A DNA stretch of 64,000 bases, from assembly GCF_009834535.1 (NCBI RefSeq), contig NC_045697.1:38008001-38072000 (forward strand), read 5' to 3'. The notes under the pieces were generated by a model. That model saw nothing but the letters and a program-made list of their open reading frames with translations. It ran no database searches and was not told where the DNA came from. Position 1 is the stretch's first letter. Every line of letters begins with the position of its first letter. Below are positions 28,389 to 41,699 of the stretch, one piece after another. The DNA is from Camelus ferus. Its lineage: Eukaryota. The position numbers were made by a program, and so were the translations under genes.

Positions 28389-28825
28389 ATGGAAAGACTT
28401 GCTTGCAACCTGGAGCTGCAGTAGGTGACTGGCCCTTCTCTACCTCAGTCAACTGATTATCTCTACCTTTATCTAAACCTAAAATCTGACAGGAAATAGT
28501 TCTTATTCTACTTTTCAGTCATTTTGCAAATTATCTTTATCTCAGAAAAGGACAAATTATAATTCTTACTTAGGGGTAGTAACGGAAAAATTTCAAGAAT
28601 TGCTGGGAAAAAAAAAAACTTTACCATCTGGATATCAATTATACCAACAAATAACTTCACTCCTCATAAGAATAAAAATTCTAAAGATAAATCAAGGGAA
28701 GTAGTAGATCATATATTTTTATAATACTCTGTCCTTTGCTCCTTGCCAGAAGATTGCAAACCTCACTGCAACCAATAATTATGCCAAAAAAAAGAAAGAA
28801 AGAAAAGAAAAAAAAGATGGCATAC

Positions 28826-28978
28826 CTCTGAGCTCAAAATGAAGATTGAAGGTATCTAGTGAAACTCACCAAGTTGTAAAGATTCATCTAAGAGGAATGC
28901 AGAATTTTCCAAAGGCATCTTACACTGTGACAAAATCAGCTTCTAAGTTTCAGCAGCTTTACAGGAAAAAAAAAAATT
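28826..28978 (-). other. CLOCK: CLOCK 153-nt 5'UTR exon carrying uORFs
   Basis: ttttacag|AATTTTT...TTTTGAGCTCAGAG|gtatgc; colinear with human CLOCK 5'UTR exon 2 as recalled. Confidence 0.87.
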
Positions 28979-30344
28979 CTGTAAAACAAGTGCAGCTGTG
29001 GAAATAATGTTAACCAAATTCTAAATAACAATACTTCCAGTATTTTTTTCCCATCCACGTATACAGCATTAATTGGGGCATCCTATATGCCAGGAATTGG
29101 GGATTTAGCAATGAACATGTCAGATCCCATCAACCCCTCTGGGACCTCAGTCTATAGAGCAACTCCAAATGGGATAGAAGGCTTTAAGAATTATGATGGT
29201 GTGAAGGGAAAGCATGGCAGAGATACAAACCAGTCTGGTGGGAACTGGTTAAGAAAGGTCTCCTAAAGGAGGGGCATTTAATGCATAATAAGTAGGATCT
29301 GACCAAATAAAGTAAGCAGAGAGGGGAGAGAAAGAACGTGTTTCATTGGAAGGGAACAGCCTGTTCAAAAGGTCAGATTTCGGAGAGAATATGGCATTCA
29401 TGTGGAAGTGAAACAAGTCCAGTGTGGCTGCTCAGAGTAAGAAAAGGGATGAGAAGGTCATTCTCTAAGATGGGCAAGGGAGGAAAGAAAAAGGTGAAGC
29501 AATTTGCCCCAAGTCACACACTCCACTTGAGAAGGAAGAAGGCGATCCTTTCAGGGGGCTTTTGTGAGGGTCTGAGGGAAAACTGCCCTAGGCCAATAGC
29601 CAGCCTAGGATGGATGATTTGATCAACTGACCCTCTGGCAAAATGACAGGGAAGAAGTCAGTCTCAGCACCATTCTCAATTACTAATTAACAGTTGCCAT
29701 GCATTCCACTATGTATGAAACCCAGTTTTAAGTGCTCAACATTGTGTTAATTAATTAAATCCTCACAACATTCCTATGAGGTAGCTATTTTTATTACCCT
29801 TTATTTCCAGTATGGTTTTATGAAACGGTCCAATCATGGTCATTAATTTTTATTAATGATTAAAATAAAAATTATTGGCAATGTTAACAACACTTCTTAC
29901 CACAATATCAGAAGCATTTTAATTACTTTTCAAACAAAAAAATACTATTTTAAAGATCAATTAACAAAAACAAAAGACTTTCCAACTTTAATTTGGTAAT
30001 TTCCTGATTAACTAGCAGTTCTGTTGGGGAAATTCTGTTCCTTGCTCATTCATTCACTTATTATGATAAGTTCTACATATCCAATGATCAGGGAAAAAAC
30101 ACTAAATTTCTGCCCTCGTGGAGCTTTAGTCACTGAAATACAATAAGGATCAATATCCCCTGGGTATTAATTAATTTTCTTTTTGCAACATATCCTAAGT
30201 TTTTTGAATGAATGAAGAACCAACAACCAACCAGACAAAAATCTGATGCAACAGAGGAAAATCAAAATCTGAGGGAAGTGGATTGTGAATAAAAATTAAA
30301 CACATGTTAAAGGAGGAGGAAGAAGAACAATAACTGCTCCACTA

Positions 30345-31097
30345 CAAAAGGGAACCCTCGTACACTGTTGGTGGGAATGTACACTGGTGCAGCCACTATG
30401 GAAAGCAGTATGGAGGTTCCTCAAACTACCACAAGATCCAGCAATTCCACTCCTGGCTTTACTCAAAGAAAACAAAAACACTAATTTGAAAAGACATGTG
30501 TATGCCTATGTTCACTGAAGCACTATTTTCAATAGTCAAGATATGGAAGTAACCTAAGGGTCCATCAATAGATGACTAGATAAAGATCACGCACGCACGC
30601 GCGCGCACACACACACACACACACGCACACACACTGGAATACTACTCAGCCATAAAAAGAATGAAATCTTGACATTTGTGACAACGTGGGTGGACAACAT
30701 GGGTATCAAGCTAAATGAAATAAGTCAGAAAGAGAAAGACAAATGCTGAATGATTTCACTCTTACGTAGAATCAAAAAAAACAAGATAAATAAACAAAAC
30801 AAAACAGAAACAGACTGAGAAACAAAGAACTGGTGACTGCCAGGAGGTAACAGGGTAGGGGGAATGGATGAAATTGGTGAAGATGATTAAGAGTTGTATA
30901 AAACTTTCAGCTACAAAATAAAGTCAAGGAGATATAACGGAAATACAGTCAATAATACTGTAACAACTCTGATTAGTGACAAAAGGTAACTGGACATATT
31001 ATGATTATTTCATAATGTATAAAAGTATTGAATCACTATGCTGTATACAGAAATTAATATAATATTGTATGTCAAGTATAACTTAATTAAAAAAACT
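30345..31097 (+). mobile_element. LINE-1 3' end fragment
   Basis: aaaagggaaccctcgtacactgttggtgggaatgt, tactcagccataaaaagaatgaaat, A tail. Confidence 0.88.
30588..30634. repeat. (CACG)/(CG)/(CA) alternating purine-pyrimidine repeat
   Basis: Read directly from the sequence. Confidence 0.9.
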
Positions 31098-31622
31098 ATT
31101 CCACAGAGGAACATACTCAGGAAGAATGAAAAAGAACCCTAACTCAAAAAGAGCACAGAGAAGTAGTAGTAATCACCCACAATGATGAAGGTCCTTAAGA
31201 GACTCAAAACAGTTGTGAAAATAAAAAGTAAATACATATTACACAGCAGAGGATTCAAGATTATAATCTAGTGATGAAAGATTATACCTTAATCCAGCAG
31301 TCTTCATGCGGGGTACCAGATAGTTTTTAAAGGTATCAGTTTCCAGATTCTCAATGTCTATAATTACCAACCAGTTACTGGAATAAGTCAGAGCATCGTG
31401 CTGGTTTCTCCTTTCCTATACTCTATTTTATATTCACCTTCTTTCAGTTCACAAGAGGAAGACATCTCTCACATATCCAAAATCTCACTACAATGCATTT
31501 CCCTGAAGAAATATCCAGAACACCAAAGGAATAACCTGAAATACTAATATCAGGGGAGTATCCTTTAATGGAGATATCACATACTTAAGGTGGTCCTGTC
31601 TTTCCCTATCCCAAACACTTTT

Positions 31623-31788
31623 TTAAAAAATATTTTATTTATTTATTATTATATTGTTTAAATTATTTTATTTGGGGGAAGGGGGTAATTAGGTTAGTTT
31701 ATTTTTAGAGGAGATACTGAGGATTGAACCCAGGACCTCATAAATGCTGAGAATGCACTCTACCATTTGAGCGATACCCTCCCCCGCC
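31623..31788 (-). mobile_element. tRNA-derived SINE (Vic-1-like)
   Basis: Reverse complement of the 19000 element's head and tail; acactttt on both flanks. Confidence 0.88.
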
Positions 31789-32294
31789 ACACACTTTTAT
31801 TAAGAAAAACACGTGACATTAAAAAGGAGATACTTTGGCCCTAGTGCACTATTAAATCCTCAAGAACTGAGAATAACAAAAATTTTTCACTAAGAAGCCC
31901 ATCTGAGAGAGAATCCAATGAAAATGGTGATGATAAATATTGAAGAAAGCTGTCAGTTAGTTCATTCAGGTAAAAAGCTTACGGCCAGACTCCTTATCTA
32001 ATTTATCTAGAAATATTTACAACTCAAGATCTGGGACTAATTTAGCAGGAATATGCTATAAATTCTACTATAAATTATATACCTAACAAAATTATAAATA
32101 AGTGTCTTGTAAACCTCATATTTATTTATTACCCAGTATCTTTTCTCTTCACCATTAATTTCCACTGAAACCAGTCTCATTCAATTCTAATATATTTAAA
32201 TTCATTCATGGTGATGAAACTTCTTTTCTTTAACACTTAGACCATCATAGACACAGTTAATAAACATTTTGAGTTTCAATTTATATTCATATTT

Positions 32295-32860
32295 TTGATG
32301 TCCAGAAGCATTTTTCAACTACTGAAAGAAAAGAACTGCCAACCAAGAATCCTATATCCAGACAAAATATCGTTTAGGAAAGAGAGGGAAATTAAAATGT
32401 CCATGGATGAAGGAAAACTAAGAGAACCTGCCATCAGTAGGCCTGCCTTAAAAAAAAGAATGACTTTAGGAATTTCTTCAAACCTAAAGGAAGTTATAAA
32501 AAAAGGAACATTGGAAAATCAGGAGGGAAAAAATGGAAAGAGTAAAAAGAGTATGGGTAAACACAACAGACTTTCCCTTCTCTAAGTCTTCTATATTATT
32601 TTTGATGATTTAAGCAAAAATTCTAACACTGTGTGATATGGTTCTCAAGATATGTAAAGAAAATATAAAAGGCAATTAAATTAGAAAAGGAGGTTTGGGG
32701 GGTGGTAGTTAAGGAACTTAACCAGTAGACTATAGTAAGTTATGTACACATAATATAAAACCTAGAACAACTACAGAAAAGCTATTCAAAGAGATACAAT
32801 CAAAACACTATAAATAAAACAGGACAGAATCCTAAAAAAATGTTCAACTAGTCCACAGGC
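32295..32860 (+). mobile_element. Old L1 ORF1 C-terminal fragment
   Basis: IFQLLKEKNCQPRILYPDKISF. Confidence 0.8.
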
Positions 32861-35800
32861 TTCTTTCTCCATCTCCAACTATTACTGAAAAAGGAGTTGA
32901 ATTAAGGCTACTCTATCCCCAGGCAGGATGGATGTTGAACAAGTCTGAGGACACGGATGAGTCACATACTCTAGGGGTAGAATTTGCAAAGCACTTATAA
33001 TACCAACTTTGACATTACTCTCACATATTGCTGTTGGGAGTAAATATTGGTACCAACTTATGAAGAACAATACATCAATACCTTACAAAATTACAAATGT
33101 TCTTATGCTTTGGTCCAGCAAAACAGAAGATTATAACCAGCATTTTTTAAATGAAACAGGATAGGAAAAAAAAAGTCAAAGTACAGGATATCTAATAATG
33201 GTAAGGGTATTTCCTGAAACTGTTTTATTAGGTATGTGTTAATGTGTGTTATGTGTGTACTGGGTCATAACATAAATTATAGTTCTCACTATAGGTTGCG
33301 GTCAAGGAAATTTGGAAGCCATTATTTCATCTCAAAAAGAGCCTGGGCAAAGGAACAAACTGACTCTTTGGAAAGGGAGGGTTCAATACCCTGATGTGAA
33401 GAAGTAAAAGGAAAGAAAGGCATATAAGGAGACAAAGCAAAGGCAAGGTAGTATGTTACCATGCTATACAGAGCCACGAGAAACATGGCCAATTCGAGGT
33501 GAATGCAGGGGAGAATAGGAAGAGAGAGAATTTATCTAACTGGGGCCAAAAAAAAGAGACAGAAGAGATCCATCAAAGTTTGTCCCACAGAGTGTTAATT
33601 CCTAAAAGGAATTCCAAATATTTCTTTTTCCCTCAATGACACTATTTTCTTTGCTTACTCTTTTTAAGGTAAATTGTAAATTATGTATGTGGCTTACATT
33701 TGTCTTTCACATTGTATTTCTATTGGATAATGCTGGTCTAGAGCCTGGAGTGCTGCTAACCTCTCTGCATTCATCTGCTGATTTGTCAGAAAGATGTGAA
33801 ACATCTTCCACTGTCATTTTTCTTCTCTTTCCCATTATGGGTAGAAATGAAAGTTTCTGAATCCACAACTGTGTTCAATGAAAACTAAAAGCAGCCCACA
33901 AAAATAATGTCTCCAATCTTCTTTTATAACTTCTTGAAAAATAATGCAGTAACTTGGGCAATACAAAAAAAATTAAAAAACTGAAAAAAAGATGCAATAG
34001 TGCTAATTTTTTCCCATATTCTATCACTCCTCCACATGACACCATTATTCTTCTATTTTCATGTTATCTTTCTAGGAAAGATGGAAATAATGAATCATGA
34101 TGAAATAAATCTTAAGATGATGAACTAGCACAATATTTAAAGGTAAGTGAATACAATTGATGCAAGGGAGTTTTATTTAATTTTTAAAGTAAATTTTGCC
34201 TTTGTTCTTTGGAAAACCTCCATAGTAACTAATCACAAAATACTAGTCCTTACAAATAGAAATGTTTAAAAAAAAATCAGAAAGTTAGAATTAAATCCAA
34301 TGGATATTGATGTATACTAAGGATTAATCAAAAATTGGTAAGTAAAAGGTAACTAATAAAGCATTTTTCTTACCTGTCCTGTTAAACTATATTTCAAAGT
34401 AACTAAAGTGACCTAATCAGTGAGCGCTAGTCCTTCAAAATATTTTAGCTAATAAGAACAAAAGCAATGACATAATTAGGTAGGCAACAATCATCACTGG
34501 ACTTTAAAACCATTAGGAGAAAAAGTCAATGAATTGCACAAACGGATCATGTTGTCACCAACTGAGTGCAACTGATCTTAGCATCTCCAAAAATGAGACA
34601 GATACTCTGCACCTCTTGATGTAATGAAATATGCAGTATGTAGTACTACTTATAAAATGTTCTTGTTTAAGAAAGAGTCAAACTGGAATATATCAAACCT
34701 TTGTATCATATATTCTTAACAGCAGCAATGTCACACCCAAATGGTGAAAAAATCTTAAATAAGTAAATTAAAATGGTTTCTTGCCCTCCAAAGCACAATG
34801 CTTTATCTATTCTTCGGTCTTGGGGGGCAGACAATAAAGAAAAAAATGTCTTCAAGTGAAAAACAGTGGAAAAAAATAAAGGTTGAGTAACACTGCTTTA
34901 GACCAAACTTTCAGGTTATACTAATACAGGAAAGGCTTTAGTAAAATGACATCAGGAAGAAGCAATCTGATAAATCCAGAATGTGAACCATTCTACAAAA
35001 GACAACTGACCTAGTTTCTTCAACACAGATGAAAAAAAGGGAAAAGGGAGTAAGGCCTTGTCAACTGTCCTAAAATTTTAAAAGATTCAGAGTCTTTAGT
35101 TTAAGAAATATACTTTAAAATATTTACAAATGAATGATATGTGAAATATGATTCAAATAGTATTAGGAGAGAGTAGATGGGTAAGGATATAGATGAAGCA
35201 AGACAGATCCTGAATTAATAGTTATTAAAGGTGGGTGATGGGTTGATGGGAGTTCATTATTCTACACTGTATACCACTGTGTATGTTTAAAATATTCCAT
35301 TAAAACAAAAGCATGTGTTATTTGAGGAAGATTTTGCACTCTCAAGAAACTGGAGAACTGTGTAACACATAGTTTGCTCAAATATTTTCAATCAAAGGTG
35401 ATCTATAAACTCATGTCACTCTCCTTCCAAAATAAAAAAAAACCTAACAACCAATTGTTAATACCTCATTTGAATCCTGATTCAAACAAACCAATAACAA
35501 ATGGCATTTTTGAAACAATTGAAAAATTCTGAATATGGACTAAGCATTATATGACATTAATAAATTACCATTAATTTATAGTTAGATGTGGTAATGATAC
35601 TGAGTTTATGTGAGAAAATATCCTTACTTTTTAAAGAAACATATAGAAGTATTTAGGGGTGAAGTGACAATTTCTTTCATCCTTTTCTTTCTTTTTCTAT
35701 TTTTTTTTTCCAAAAGAAAACCTGAAGAGTGAAAGAGATGATGACAACAAACATTTTGTTTTGCCTCTTTTGCCTTTGGAAAGCCTACTGATAAGAGAGC

Positions 35801-35977
35801 ACAAATGTAGAAAAAGTGAAATCTATGAAACAATGAAAAGAATGCAGAAGAAAATTACAAAGAGATGAAATGACACAGTAGATTTCTGGAGAACAGAAAG
35901 CAGATCCAAGTGTGTTAACAGGTTACACAGAAATAAGGAAAGCATAGTTCAAAATACACACATAAAGGGACTAGAGT

Positions 35978-36087
35978 TGGGGGAGGGTATAGCTCAGTGG
36001 TAGAATGCATGCCTAGCATGCATGAGGTCCTGGGTTCAATCCCCAGTATCTCCATTTAAAAAAATGAAAGTAAGTAAAAAATTTGAA
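35978..36087 (+). mobile_element. tRNA-derived SINE (Vic-1-like)
   Basis: GGGGAGGGTATAGCTCAGTGGTAGA...GGTTCAATCCCC; TSD aaagggactagagt (35964-35977 and 36088-36101). Confidence 0.92.
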
Positions 36088-36769
36088 AAAGGGACTAGAG
36101 TGGAGCTCTAAGTCAATCATGCTGAGACTCTAGGCTCAGTGTTAGCAGGTAAGCAGGCTGAAAACAAGCAACCTATAAAAAAAGCTTTATCTGTCTCTTT
36201 TCTCTGCACCCCTTCCCTGGCTAAACAAGGCCCAGTGTCACCCCTAGGCCTAAAATTGCGAAACTTTTTTCTAAAGAAATCTAACAAACTGCTCAGAAAG
36301 AAATCAGATGGATGTTAAGTGTCCGGAGGGCTCATGTCAATATGACAACTGGAAAGCTCCTGAGAATAACAATACTTCTCTGCTCTTCTGCTCTAAACCC
36401 AAACTTGCCAGCAGACAAGATGCTCCATCTATGTACAGAGAATTACCAACTACTCTTTTCAAACAGAGAAGGTAATTTCAAACAAAAATCCACCTATCCA
36501 ACAAGGGAAAAAAACCTACCACAGCTACTTAAAATAATCAAGATAATCCTGTAGCAATATACATGAACCAACAATAATAATCCCCAGCCATACAAGGAAA
36601 AACCACAGCTAGAAAAAGACCAAAATAAATAATTAGATCAACTAACCCCAGAAGAACTAAAGATTATTCACGGTACAGAAAAAAAGGATACAAAACAAAA
36701 TATCCTTGAGATACTTCTAAAGAAACTGCACTCAATTTAAAAAAACAAAACAAAACAAAACCCAGAATG

Positions 36770-37010
36770 CCACATATTTAATAATCAATGATACAGATTT
36801 CATTACACTAAGAACTGTTATAAATGCTTAACAAATATGAACTCCTTTGTCCACAAAATAGTTATTAACCTCATTTTGTAGTTCAGAAACTGAGCATAGA
36901 GAGGTTAAATAACTTGCCGAAGGCCACGTAGTTATTAAGGGTGGAGCTGGGATCTTAACCCATAGTCTGGTAGTCTGGTTCCATCATATATGCTTTTAAC
37001 TACTATATTA
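36770..37010 (-). mobile_element. MIR SINE
   Basis: cattttgtag..agaaactgag..agagaggttaaataacttgcc..ggagctgggat. Confidence 0.75.
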
Positions 37011-38519
37011 TACCCGGAGAAAACAAGCAAAGCTACTGAAATATTTACAATCTGCTTACAGTCATAGGAAGACAGGAATATACAGTTGAAGAAATCTGTT
37101 ATAATACAGAATTAAAAACCAATGGCAGAAAACAGAAGAAGAGATAAAGACATAAGGATCAAACAGAAAGCCAATAATCTGCTGGTGAGCATTCCCAAGT
37201 GGGAGAACATAGACAACCAGGAAATACTACCAAAGAAATAATAAGAGAACATTTTCCACACCTGAAGGGAGAGACCTGTATTTCAACTGAAAGGGCCTAC
37301 AAACTCCAGAGAGTCTGGATAGAACAACAAAAACAATTCATACCTAGACACATTAACTCTAAAATTCCAGAATTACAAGGACAAAGATAAAACACTAAAA
37401 CTTCCAAAGAGAGAGGGAAAAGGTTATTAAAAAAGTAACAAGACTCAGAGTAGCATTAGACTCCCTTCCATTTTGATCTAAACAGAATAGAGCAAAATCC
37501 ATTAAGTTCTTACGGTAAATTTAATTTGAATCTAAATTTCTGCACCCGAACTATTAAGCAATTATGAACCAGGACAAAAACTATGTTCAGGCATGCAAGA
37601 ATTTATAATGTTTACATCTTAAATACCCTGTGTACTTAAGTTAATTTAGAATACATTCCAGCAAAAAGGGGAGTGCCATGAAAGAGAAAGATACCTAAGA
37701 AACAGTAAATCTAATGCAGAAATACACTGAAGGAGTATCTCAGAAAGATATACAGCAGACTACCAACCCATGAAGACTGAGGCAGGAAGCAGAAGAACTC
37801 TAAGAGGGATGTCTCCAGGAAAATGAGGAATTCCATCCAACAAAGAAGAGATACTATGATTCAAGCAGGAAACATTTGAGGATAGGGTGAAGGTAGATTT
37901 TTTTTCTACCAAAGAGAAAAAGGCAATTACAGACTGGGGAGGGAGGAAATGAACAAAACTAAGCAAACTAATCAGAATATAAAGCAAAATAGTGACAAGA
38001 TAGTGGAAAAAACTTATGAACCTAAATAAAGAGAACCAACCTTACCTTGATTATCACATATTTTACTTTTTTGAGTTCCTGTAGCAACATAATTTTGGAC
38101 CCATGGAAAATTAAAAAATAATTCTAGCTAAATGATCAACTGCAATTTACTGTGTTCAGCTTTTAGAATCAACATACTGAAAAGCCTGAATGTCTTTCAG
38201 ACCTAAATCTTATTATAGAGCAGAATGTAAATGTCATGTGATCAGCCTGGTCAAATACCAAAAAAAAAAGTAGGAATGGAAGTGAGGGAATAGAAGAGAC
38301 AAGATGGAGAAACAGATAAAAGTCTTCATCTGTCATACTAGGGATTAAAATACAATATCTAAGAAACTATTTACAGTTAAAAAGTACTAATAAAAGAACT
38401 AACTATAATAAAAGTTTTGAACTTCAGAATGAAGATAGAAGAGACATTCAGGACAACATAAGTAAGCTAAATCCTTATCTTTCTTAGCAAAATCAAAAGA
38501 ATAAAGTTAATTAATCAAG

Positions 38520-41135
38520 AAATAAAAGCAGATCCCAACAAAGAGCCTAGGACCAGATGGCTTTGCAGGAAAATTCTCCAAAACATTTAAAGAACTAACA
38601 CTGATCCTCCTCAAATTTACAAAGAATTAAACAGGAGGGAACATTTCCAAACTCATTCCAAGAAGCCAGCATTACCACAATACCAAAGCCAAAAAAAGAC
38701 AAGAAAACTACAGACCAATGTTCCTGATGAATATTTATATAAAAACGCTCAACAAAATACTAACAACCCAAATTCAACAGCAAGTTAAATGGATTATGTG
38801 CCATCATCAAATGGTATTTATAACTGGAAGGCAAGGATGGTTCAAAATATGAAAATCAATCAATGTCATACACCACATTAACAGAATCTAGGGGAAAAAA
38901 AGATCACCTCAATTGATGGAGAAAAAGCATTTTACAAAATTAAACAATCTTCCAAAATAAAAACACTAAGCAAACTATCAACAGAAGCAAACCACCTCAA
39001 TGTAATAAGAGCCATATAATAAATATCCACAGTTAACATCATACTCAACAATGAAAACTAAAAGCTTTTCCTTTAAAATTATGGACAAAGCAAGGATACC
39101 TACTCACATTGCTTCCATTCAATATAGAGCTGAAAATCCTAGCTAAAGCAATTACCTAAGAAAAAGAAACAAAAGGAATTCAAATACGGAAGGAAGAAGC
39201 AAAAAATTACCTCTATTCACAGATAACAAGGTTTTATATGCAGAAAACCCTAAAGATTCCACACCCACAAAAGACTGTTAAAGCAAATGAATGATTTCAG
39301 TAAAGCTGCCCAATGCAAACTAGACTCAAAAATCAGTTTTGTTGTTGAACATTAACAATGAACAATCCAAAAAAGGAAACTAAGTAAACAACTGCATTTA
39401 CAACAGCATTAAAGAATATACTTAATAACCTTAATCAAAGAGGTGAAAACTTATACACTGAAAATTATAGAATATAGTTAAAAGAAACCAAAGACACAAA
39501 GAAATGGAAAGACACTCTGTGGACTGGAAGACTCAGTATTATTAAAATGTCCACATTATCTAAAGCAACCTATAGACTCAATGCAATCTCTCTTAAAATC
39601 CTGCTAGCATATTTTGCAGAAATGTAAAAACAATCTCAAAATTCATATGGAACCTTAAAGATTTCCCAAATAATCCCAAATAGCCCAAAAAATCTTGGGG
39701 GAAAAAAAGAACAATACTGGAGAACTCTCAAGTCCTGATTTCAAAACATACTATAAAGCAACAGTAATTAAGACAGTAGCATTAGGACAGATATAAAATA
39801 CCAACGGAACAGAATAGACAGCCTAGAAACAAACCTTTGCATATACGGCCAAATGATGTTCAACAAGAATACCAAGACTACACAATGGGAAAAAAGACAG
39901 TCTCTTTAACAATTGATGCTGGGAAAACTGGATATGTAAAATGAATTCAGACCTTTACCTCATACCATTTACAAAAATGAACTCAAAATAGATTAAAGAC
40001 ATAAACATAAGATCTAAAACCATAAAACTCCTAGAAGAAACACTGGGGAAAAACTCAAGACATTGGATTTGGCAGTGTTTTCATGGATATGACACTAAAA
40101 GTACAGGCAACAAAAACAAAAATACACAAATGGACTACATTAAACTGAAAAGCTTCAGCTTATCAAAGGAAACAAATCAACAGAGCAAAAAGGCAACCAA
40201 AAGAATGGGAGAAAATATTTGCAAAGTATATATCAGATAAAGGGCTTAATATTCATAATACCTAAGAAACTATAACTCAACAAAAACCAAATAATCCAAC
40301 TAAAAAAATGGGTAATGGACATACACAATTCTCCAACGAAGATAAATCGAATGGCCAACAGGATACAAAAGGTGTTCAACATTCCTAATTATAAGAGAAA
40401 TGCAAATCAAAATTACAGTAAGATATCACCTCAAACCTATTAGGATGGAAACTGTTAAAAGAACAGAAAATAACAAGGGTTAGTGAGGATATAGAGAAAC
40501 TGGAAACTTGTTCACTGTTACTGGAAATGTAAAATGGTGCAGCTATATGGAAAAGAGTATGGATATTCCTCAAAATACTAGAAATAAAATTACCATACGC
40601 TCCAGCAATCACATTCCCAGATACGTATTCAAAAAAATTCAAAACAGGATCTTGAAGAGTTGTTTGTACACTCATGTTCATTTCAACATTATTCACAAGA
40701 GCCAAGAGGTGAAAGCAATCCAAAAGTCCATCTACAGATAAATGGATAAAGAAAATGTGGGATATACAACTATGGAATATTATGCAACCTTAAAAAATGA
40801 ATCTTGTCACACACTATAAAACGGATGAACCTCAAGGACATTATGTTAAGCAAAAGCAGCTTATAGACAAATAATACGCGATTCCACTTACTTGAGGTAT
40901 CTAAAGTAGTCACAATCAGAAACAGAAAGCAGAGAGGCAGCTGCCAAGGGCAAGGGGCAGAGGGGAAGGAGAACTAGTGTTTAATGATTAGAGTTTCAGT
41001 TTTGCAAGATGAAAAATGTTTTAGAGATCTGCCACACAACAGTGTGAATATATTTATCACTAACAGGACATTTTAAAATGATTAAGGTGATAAATTTAAT
41101 GTTATGTGTTTTTCTAAGATAATCTAAAAAAAGAC
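38520..41135 (+). mobile_element. LINE-1 ORF2 RT to 3'UTR, degenerate
   Basis: ggaccagatggcttt, gcaaggatggttcaa, gaaatgcaaatcaaaa, 3'UTR. Confidence 0.92.
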
Positions 41136-41699
41136 ATGTTAGTTATAACATAAAGATAAATATCAGAAAACCTGCAAACATGGTTAAAAGTGATTGCTTG
41201 TTATGGTAGTGGTTTCTATCGCTCAGCAGCTATAGAGCACTTCCATCATCACAAAAAGTTCTATTAGACAATGTGGGTATACAGAAATCACAATGTAATA
41301 AAACTAGAAAATTAATCAAAAAATCAGGAGGAAAAAAGTCTGCCCTCATAAATTACTGTGCTTAAACTTTCATACTTATGTTTCCAATTTTTCATATTCC
41401 TTACCATTTCTGTTGCTATACTGTTTATGTTTACTGAGTACAGAGAATATTTTGTCAAGTTTCCTTCCATTTCCTAAAATAAGATTTATTCTGAGTCACT
41501 TCTCTTTTGCATGTTACATTTCTATTCATTTCCTTTGGCAGAAGTTTTATCTAGGGTCTGCGCCAATTTTTTTTTTTTAAATATTGTGATTTCACATCAT
41601 TTTCTAATGGGAACTTATTTCGGTTTCCTACGGCTGCCAAAACAAAGGATCACAAACTGGGTGACTCAAAACACAAAATACTTCTCTCTCACAGTTGAG

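Noticed and set aside
258..31815. Isolated E-boxes CACGTG at 258, 18821 and 31810
   Set aside because: Single hexamers in or beside repeats, about what chance predicts.
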